Source of the DNA: Eledone cirrhosa
Lineage: Eukaryota
DNA length: 64,000 bases
Assembly: GCA_964016885.1 (NCBI GenBank)
Contig: OZ024752.1
Coordinates: 41,850,001-41,914,000 of the forward strand
Direction of reading: 5' to 3'
Part shown: one piece after another, positions 56,266 to 64,000 of the stretch
Layout of the letters: each line of letters begins with the position of its first letter
How positions within the stretch are numbered: position 1 is the stretch's first letter
The notes under the pieces: generated by a model
Database searches by the model: none
What the model was told of the DNA's origin: nothing
The model's input: the letters and a program-made list of their open reading frames with translations, nothing else
Translations under genes and position numbers: made by a program

Positions 56266-56530
56266 ATAAGTTTGTGGATGTGTGTAAAAAAAATATCACG
56301 AATTCACAATCCAAATTGAAAGTAATGACGTACGTAACTATCAAAAATTAGTTTCACTTTTGAGACCGGCCATTTTGACGTATGCCTATATATATATATA
56401 TAAGAATAGACAGGGGCTATGTAGTTGCTGTATAAGGTGTACTTATAAATAAGAGGAAAGCAAGAACGGGAGAACATTTTCCTTCATCAGTTGTCTGCTG
56501 GGTGTCGTGGATATTTCAACACATTAAAGA

Positions 56531-56553
<23 letters not shown>

Positions 56554-56562
<9 letters not shown>

Positions 56563-56704
56563 TGAGATTCTACAGGACTAGAACTGTTTCATTCTTTAGA
56601 AATCATCAGTCCTGTAGAATCTCATCTATATTAAATCTTTTATACTCTGCTATGTATTGAGTACCTTACTTACTGTGGTTACCTCCGATTCAACCCGGAA
56701 TAAC

Positions 56705-56705
<1 letters not shown>
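56554..56705. mobile_element. HHR-bearing pLTR-like element (63595 family) with inverted duplication
   Basis: 26-bp perfect inverted arms 56554-56579 and 56608-56633 enclose CTGATGA..GAAA on the minus strand; other family copies at 30061-30163(-), 30671-30732(+), 34506-34558(-), 63560-63660. Confidence 0.7.
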
Positions 56706-56739
<34 letters not shown>

Positions 56740-57146
56740 AAAGTTCTATTTAAAATTGTTGGGATACAAGTAAATATTTTATAACTGATATAAAGCACTC
56801 GACTGTATGATGAATTATTATCTCTCTGTTGCTTTCTTTTGTTTTTCTTATTTCTTCCTTTTTTCTTTCTTTTTTATTTCCTCCTATCTATTTATATCTT
56901 TCTTTTCTACATACATTTCTCTCTCTCTCTCCGGTATTTCTCCAGGTTTTCTTTTTCTTTCTCTCCTTCTTTTTCTCTCTCCTTCTCTCTCTCCGTTTTT
57001 TCTTTCTCTCCGTCTTTTTCTAATTGTGCTTAACACTATAACTAATAAAATAATTATAAACATCTCACTATCCAGACAGCTTCCAAAAATAATGGTTGCA
57101 TCTAATAGGGTACGTCAAAATTATTTATAAAACTGTTTATATATTG

Positions 57147-57211
57147 TATTTTGTCTGATGAAGGCATACCATATTTTAATTTGGTATCCCTGAAATATGT
57201 ATAATGAAATA
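57147..57211 (+). ncRNA. Type I hammerhead motif
   Basis: TATTTTGT-CTGATGA-AGGcATACCA..TGGTATcCCT-GAAA-TATGTA-TA-ATGAAATA; 8-bp stem I with two G-U pairs, AUA triplet, overlapping AATAAA. Confidence 0.7.
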
Positions 57212-57734
57212 AATATGGTTTTATAAATATAGTTTCCATTTATTTAATATCGTATATATATATATATCACAGAAAAAAAAAGAGAATCAGTGTTGCGACG
57301 AATGAAATTTATTGGACATATTACAATCTATCTTTAAGATAGCGCGTTAACACTTGCATTCATTTAATAGAAATTTATTTGTCCTCACTAGATTCAATTA
57401 AAATATGTCAGCTATGTTGTCATATAGATGCAATGTAATTCAGGTTTACTTTGTGACAAAGAAGAGGGGTGGGGGAGAATTTTGTTTAATAACTGTTGAC
57501 CCTTTTCTGTCATCGCTTATCTTCATCGTTAATATACAATGTCCTCGAGATTGGAGCTGCTATGTGGTCGCTCAACTTGTTAGAAATAGCAAGCACATCT
57601 TTTTTAAACGGTATAACTACAGTTTAGTTTACGTGTGTGGACTTTGTTTCTTCAGAGCATTTTTTAAATTTATTTAATTAAAGCGTGGAAGTGTTTTCGA
57701 ATGAGTAGATTACGTTAGGCAACATGCTTTACGG

Positions 57735-57878
57735 CAGGGTATCCCAAACTTTTTCAAACGCGGAACCCTTTTTGATTTAGAAACTTTTGAAGGAACCCCA
57801 AAGTCAAATACTGTTATATGGTCGTAATATAAATATACTCCTCTACCCTTTTCACGGAACCCACTTTGGGAACTACTG
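57735..57878. mobile_element. hAT-like MITE
   Basis: Imperfect TIRs CAGGGTATCCCAAA / TTTGGGAACTACTG; no clear 8-bp TSD. Confidence 0.55.
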
Positions 57879-57889
57879 CGGCACTTTGC

Positions 57890-58520
57890 GTTGAGTTTAA
57901 ATCCCGCCGAGGTTAACTTTGCCTTTCATCCTTACGGGGTCGATAAAATAAAGTACCAGTAATGTACTGGGTAATTGCTGGCCTTGTGCCAAAAGTAGAA
58001 ACAATTATATTAATCGCAGTAGTTATCAGTTTTGTTGAATGTAAATGTAATATATATGATTGTTATGACCTGGTTTGAACAAGACTGCTTCGGTTTAGAG
58101 CGTAAACATTATGGAGAGCCGACTTATGTAGTCCCGCTTTTATTATTGAATACTTTACGGTTGATTGGCAGTATCGGTAGAGGGTTGGACGCCATGCTTT
58201 CTAGCATAGAGCTACGTCCCTTTATGATCTGAGTTCAAATCCCGCCGAGGTTAACAACTTTGCCTTTCATCCTTACGGGGTCGATAAAATAAAGTACCAG
58301 TAATGTGCTGGGATAATTGCTGGCCTTGTGCCTAAAGCAGAAACAATTATTGAATACTTTACGACTTTCTACGTTCTGAGTTCAAATTCTGCCAGGATCA
58401 ACTTTGCCTTTCATCCTACCGAGGTCGATAAAATTTAATACCAGTAAAGTACTGAGGTCGATATAATCGACTTTCTTCTCCCCACAAATTGCTGGCCTTG
58501 TGCCTAAATTAGAAATCATT
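57890..58520 (+). mobile_element. Cluster of SINE family 2 copies
   Basis: Three cores gcctttcatcct..gtcgataaaat. Confidence 0.8.
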
Positions 58521-58522
58521 AT

Positions 58523-59253
58523 TTAACCATTTCGTTACGATATTACTAATGAAAGACGTTGCTTACGGTTTACAAATAATTCTGAAAATAATCAAGAATC
58601 TGGAGGGATTTGAAATATAATTGTTTCTACTATTGGCACAGGGCCAGCAATTATTCCAGTGTATTACTGGTACTTTATTTTATCGACCCCGTAAGGATGA
58701 AAGGTAAAGTTAACCTCGGCGGGATTTGAACTCAGAATGGCAAGGGCCGTAACTCTATGCGTCAAAGCATGGCCTCCGATCCGACCCTCTACCGATACTG
58801 CCAATCCATCGTTGAAATATAATTAACTTTCACTATATTGAGCTGGTGTTTGGAACGTAACTCTACAAAGGTTCTTACATAAAATATATACATGATATAA
58901 GGTTGTTGATACTAGGGTATCTGGTTAAAATATCTCAGGAAAGAATAGCTGGACTGATCGTACGGGCGAAACCAACAGGTAGGAGACCCAGGGGTAGACC
59001 CCAAGCAAGATGGTTGGATAACATCCATGAGCTTGGCTGGTCACACTTGGGGGATTCAGTCGAATCAGTTGGGGACGGTTGCTTCTGACAGGACCCACTG
59101 GAAGCAGTGTTTGAGGACTCTGACCGTACGAATCTCTCAGGAATAAGTGGGCGAAGATGAAAGTTGTTTGTTTAGATAAATATAAATACTTTAAAAAAAG
59201 CTTTGCATCGTGAAACTAGGAGCAGTTCAGGTAGTTTTATATCAAAATAGTTA
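58523..59253. mobile_element. Old dispersed MITE-like repeat with nested SINE and RTE fragment
   Basis: Blocks aaaataatcaagaat and ggttcttacataaaat recur at 5310-5520, 10540-10630, 20710-21060, 21880-22112, 54620-54700; SINE TSD ttgaaatataatt. Confidence 0.55.
58905..59160 (+). mobile_element. Degenerate RTE-type LINE 3' fragment
   Basis: KPTGRRPRGRPQARWLDNI motif. Confidence 0.7.
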
Positions 59254-60240
59254 TTTGCCTAGTGAAATAAACAAGGGCGATGCTCACGGCCCATTCAAGG
59301 TCTCTAAGACCCTTTCACGGCCCTTTCAAGGTCTCTAAGACCGGTAGATCGGGATTTCAGGATAGGATTCGTGTCGTGAGAGTTGTAAAGTTAGTTAGGG
59401 TTAAGCTTAAGTGTATATGTGAAAGTTTGTGTTTGAAGGTGTGTGGCTCAGCGGTTAAGGTGCTGGTCCCACGACCGTAGTGTCGTAAGTTAGATACTTT
59501 ATTTCACGTAGCTGGCAAAAAAAATATATATATTTCTTTATTTACCATAAAGGCATAAACAGAAGGGACAAATACAAAGGGGGAGTTTACATCAAATCGA
59601 GTAAAAAGGGTATAAAATGAAAATAATCGAAAACAACCTCAAAAGGGAGGGGACCTGATGGGGGTTGCACACACCCCCGAAAAAGTGTGCAATCCTTTGC
59701 CCGGGGAGCACATGGAGAAGGTGCTCCCCTCTCCTTCACTTCTTTACCTACAGGATGGTATACAGAGAAGGCCCATTTACACGAGCCATTCTCAGCTGGC
59801 AAAAAAATATATAGAGAGAGAGTTGTACTTCAAAGAGCCAAGCCTTGTCATCACCCACTGTATCGTGTTGAATCTGAGAACTGCGTTGTGACTGCACGTG
59901 TCTGTGGCATGCTTAGTCTCTTGTAGGTTAATTTTACGATCAGGCTGTTTAATTGATTGAATCGACTGGGAACGACAGAGGGACAATACCATGCTCCTAT
60001 ATTTTAAGCCTTCCGTCGATAAGGAGCTCAAGCCCTTCCAATAATGTGGAAACTTGTTGAATTATCTTAAAGTTTTTGTTAGTAAAAAAATTACGTATTA
60101 CTGTTGAAATTACAATACCATCAAAGACATCAATAGTTGTGAATGGCAATATTGATAATTGTTTCTACTTTAGGCACAAGGCCAAGTAGAAACAATTATT
60201 ATAAAATAACAGGATGGTGTAATTCCTTAAAACGTTTATT

Positions 60241-60298
60241 ATACTATGATCATTTCAATGACCGGGTTCAGTATGAATCCGGTGACATCATCAGGTAT
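60241..60298 (-). ncRNA. Type I hammerhead with extended stem II
   Basis: ATAC-CTGATGA-tgtcACCGGaTTCA tac TGAAcCCGGTcatt-GAAA-TGATCA-TA-GTAT then AATAAA; palindrome ATGATCAT, AUA triplet; truncated copy at about 62250-62280. Confidence 0.7.
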
Positions 60299-60426
60299 TC
60301 GAAATATAACAAAGGAATATAATAGACAAAATCCATGGAGCTGAAAATCAGAGACATGAAGGCGGCCGACCATTTAACAGCTACCAGCCCGGTCAACCGC
60401 CCTCAAGTAATAATATATATATATAT

Positions 60427-60757
60427 AAACAAGGGCGATGCTCACGGCCCTTTCAAGGTCTCTAAGACCCTTTCACGGCCCTTTCAAGGTCTCTAAGACC
60501 GGTAGATCGGGATTTCAGGATAGGATTCGTGTCGTGAGAGTTGTAAAGTTAGATGTGAGAAAAACCACAGACCCTCCATCTCAACTCACCTTTTGAAAAG
60601 CAGAAGAACTGCGAAACCGGTAAAGGAACCAAATAAATATATATATTTTTAAAAAAATAAGACTCCAGTTGCATTTTCGATTTCATCCCTTTTTCTTTAT
60701 ACTTCCACTCGTGTAGGACACCTCGGTTATTTTTCATTTTGTAAAAAAAAACCTCAC

Positions 60758-60765
<8 letters not shown>
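60427..60765 (+). mobile_element. ~340-bp non-coding element carrying the U3-A8 hammerhead, flanked by (TA)n
   Basis: 5' part repeated at 59268-59392; 3' part repeated as an inverted pair at 31712-32082. Confidence 0.7.
60589..60626 (+). ncRNA. Minimal type I hammerhead with U3-A8 core variant
   Basis: CCTT-TTGAAAA-GCAG aagaa CTGC-GAAA-CCGG-TA-AAGG; palindromic ACCGGT stem III, GUA triplet, AATAAA downstream. Confidence 0.75.
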
Positions 60766-60845
<80 letters not shown>

Positions 60846-61235
60846 CACCTCTCAAAGACAATGACACACGACCGTGACTTCTGGCGTCACGCAGTAATAC
60901 AGAGTACCCGACCTCCCATGGGTACAAGCTGAAGCATATAGACAATATGCCCCCCACACCCCCCACCGCAAGGTGGTCGTGGAGGTGCCACGGCAAAAAA
61001 GCACCCAGCCCACACTGTAAAGTGGTCGTGGAGGTGCCACGAAAAAGCACCCAGCACTCACTGTAAATGAGGTTGGTGTTAGGAAGGGCATCCAGCTGTA
61101 GAAATCAAGCCAAATCAGTGTCCTGTATGAGCAAGGCATGGTCAGCCAACCAGACACTGCCCACAACAGGACAACCCGTCTAACCCATGCTAGCGTGGAA
61201 GAACGGACGTAAAACGGTGATGATGATGATGATGA

Positions 61236-61284
<49 letters not shown>

Positions 61285-62124
61285 AGCGAAGTATGTGGAA
61301 TGAATCCAATAAATCAGACGAGAATCTGTTATCGATGACACCTGAAATGGTAGCTTAAAGTTTTGAAACTGGGTTTGGAGATTTTATTTTTGCTGTTCTT
61401 CTCCGATGCATTTTTGTCAGGACGGGAAAAAACTGGTGCCCAGGAAAGAAAGGAATATATCCACAAACCAGAAACCTGTTCCAATTACTCTCAATATAAT
61501 AGACTCTGTTAAAGGTAAACTACAGCCAGGTGGTGATATTAAATTGAGAGATTAAGACAGTGGTTCCCAAATGTGTTTTGTTTAATTACATTTTGGCGTA
61601 CTTTGTACATAAATTCCAAACTTCATAAAAGGTATTTACTATATTAGAATGTGTGTATAAAATACCGTAGTATATGAATTAGCATAGCATGGAGTAGAAA
61701 TATAGATAATTAATATTTACAGGTAATTTATTTGTACTTAGTTAAATTGTTTCCCGCTTTGGCAACTTGATTAGGGGGATCTACGACTTCAATGGTTAAA
61801 GGGGTCTGAAATACATGACAGCTAGGAATCCGGTCATGGTTTAATAAGGCCCAGATTACATGGTGGTGTTAAACTGGAGGATGAATTAAGTCTACTACAT
61901 AACATTTAAGTCTACTCTACAATATGAAATATAATTATTATAATAACGATAAAACAACATAAGAAACATGAATAGAAGAAAAATAGAAAAAAAAATACAC
62001 CTACCTGATATATCTTGATGGAAAATCATGGTATTTTATAAATACACGTGTCTAAATATACATTTACACTCATATATATATAATATATATAATATATAAT
62101 ATATATATATATATATTATAAAAT

Positions 62125-62204
<80 letters not shown>

Positions 62205-62341
62205 AATAACAGGAAGCTGGACTGGTGTAAATCTCCTTAAAAGGTTTATATGATCATTTCAATGACCGGGTTCAGTATGAATAAATATATATATATATTT
62301 CAATTGTTATATATATATATATATGTATATTTCGATTGTTT

Positions 62342-62372
<31 letters not shown>

Positions 62373-62508
62373 ATTAATTATATTAATATATCATATTAAT
62401 TTCCTTCGACATGGTAAAATAAGTAAATAAGTGTTGTGGTGTGAAGCAGGAATCGAACGTGAGTCACCAAATCTGTTTAACGGGACCACTACCTTTTACT
62501 TTACTTAC

Positions 62509-62740
62509 GTTAGTTTCAACTGTGTTATACAACAATTGATATTTGATCGATATCAGTAGTATTAGTAATTTCAAAAGAAAATAAATCACTGAATGTTGAA
62601 GAAGGTAAACAGATGAATAAAATAAGTCCGTTATCCTGCCAGGTTTTTTCGTGGAAATTCTGTAAATAATGTTGTATTCCGTGTAATGAAGTTACCAAGT
62701 TACCATTATCAGCCGACAGTTTAACAGAGCGTGACGGAAG
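62509..62740 (-). other. Candidate non-coding first exon / TSS region of the minus-strand gene
   Basis: Consensus donor AAC|GTAAGTAA at 62508; unique sequence; TGACG/CGGAAG motifs near 62732-62740; splicing to 40998 puts an in-frame TAA upstream of the ATG; 5' boundary is a guess. Confidence 0.35.
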
Positions 62741-63364
62741 ATTACAAACAGAAATAATCTTTTTTTTTTTTTTTTTTGGTGATTCCTTATTTTAATATAG
62801 AAATTCTTCCCTTCTTGTTTTTTTTAAGAAATAGATTTGACTGTAGGCAAAATATTGGCAATTTAAAAGTGAAAATAAAAAATTGTGTTTCCCTAGTAAT
62901 AATGTATAATTACTGGTTTCCCCTGTAATTATGTTATAATAATGTATAATTGTAATAATTATATAAATGCGTTGTTGTTTAATCTCTATAATAAAAAAAA
63001 AACCCCTTTTAGCCACGCCAATCTTCCACTTTTCTCGGGCACATTATCCAATGCATCTCTTCTTAGAGAGTTTAATTTTAGAGGGGGGGTTTGGCTTTTA
63101 TTTTTAGCAGGTAGAAAAACCACATAATACCACCTTCGGGGTGTGGTGTATGTATGTTTGTATAGAGTGTTCATATGTATGTATAAGGTTATAATAGTTT
63201 CTGTGTGTATATAAATCTGGCTATTAATAAAAATGTATAAGTACGTGTGAAGCCATGTACAGCTATCATCACCATCATCGCTTAACGTCCATCTTCCACG
63301 CTAGCATGGGTCTGGACGGGAATTGTCCCACTTGAGGCAAGATTGGTTGTCTTGCTCAGGACTG

Positions 63365-63452
<88 letters not shown>

Positions 63453-63518
63453 TAGTATGTTTATCAGCAGGTGTTTGTACACGAAATAATGTGTATGTAT
63501 GAAGGTTTATAGCTATGG

Positions 63519-63561
<43 letters not shown>

Positions 63562-63594
63562 TAAGTTATTCCGGGTTGAATCGGAGGTAACCAC

Positions 63595-63645
63595 AGATTC
63601 CTGATGATTTCTCACGAATGAAACAGTTCTAGTCCTGTAGAATCT
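63595..63645 (+). ncRNA. Type I hammerhead ribozyme motif, complete
   Basis: AGATTC-CTGATGA-tTTC tcac GAAt-GAAA-CAG ttctagtc CTG-TA-GAATCT; 6-bp stem I, GUA triplet, CTAG palindrome in loop III, ATTAAA downstream. Confidence 0.8.
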
Positions 63646-63771
63646 CTTCTATATTAAAACTATATATATATATATATATAGTGAAGAATGGAACGGAAAC
63701 AAAACAGAGGGGCAGTACAAACAAAGATTTATTAGTTTCACGCTTTTGAGAGTGGTGGGTGGGGGGGGGGG

Positions 63772-63802
63772 CGTTTCGGGCATAAGCCCTTCTTCAGGAG
63801 AA
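63772..63802 (-). ncRNA. Hammerhead 5' half (stems I and III disrupted) in a pLTR-like remnant running to the window end
   Basis: CTGAAGA-aGGGC ttat GCCC-GAAACG followed by poly-C, AATAAA further downstream. Confidence 0.55.
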
Positions 63803-64000
63803 AAGTGGGTGGGAAGAGAGTTCCGAGGGTGTGTGGGGGAGTGGGGGAGAGACATTTAGAAAAAAAAAGTGGGGGGGTGGGGTGGAAGGGGTGCAAATAG
63901 AAATAATAATAAAAATAAACATGAAGATAAACAAGTGGCGCAAGGTGTGGGGGCATGTAGGGGGGTGGCGGGTGGAGGCGGGGAGGGCTGAAGGTGGTGT

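Overview
AT-rich, microsatellite-saturated eukaryotic DNA; the repeat landscape (tRNA-derived SINEs with RTE-type tails, RTE/CR1 LINE remnants, TA/CA/CAT arrays) suggests a coleoid cephalopod such as an octopus, which is an inference. Most of the window appears to be intronic sequence of one minus-strand gene. Three phase-compatible coding exons (40957-40998, 10443-10493, 763-942) splice to MADVELDLRPPDGFETETYLKFQGFCDRELPLDSDKYSSLLAMLHGKAEQIGQKELYSRYRTRLGTPAVNRSSYTEEDLERFE..., a product I do not recognise, and there is a possible non-coding first exon near 62.5-62.7 kb. Nearly all ORF-track entries are translations of microsatellites or repeats. The most striking hidden signal is a dense set of minimal type I hammerhead ribozyme (HHR) motifs: about 8 complete or near-complete and about 10 truncated, from several unrelated short repeat families. 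They have palindromic stem/loop III, usually a downstream AATAAA/ATTAAA, and 5' inverted duplications, the hallmarks of Penelope-like element pseudo-LTRs or retrozymes. One family carries a compensatory U3-A8 core pair and another shows stem II covariation between copies. All structures were folded by eye and are untested.
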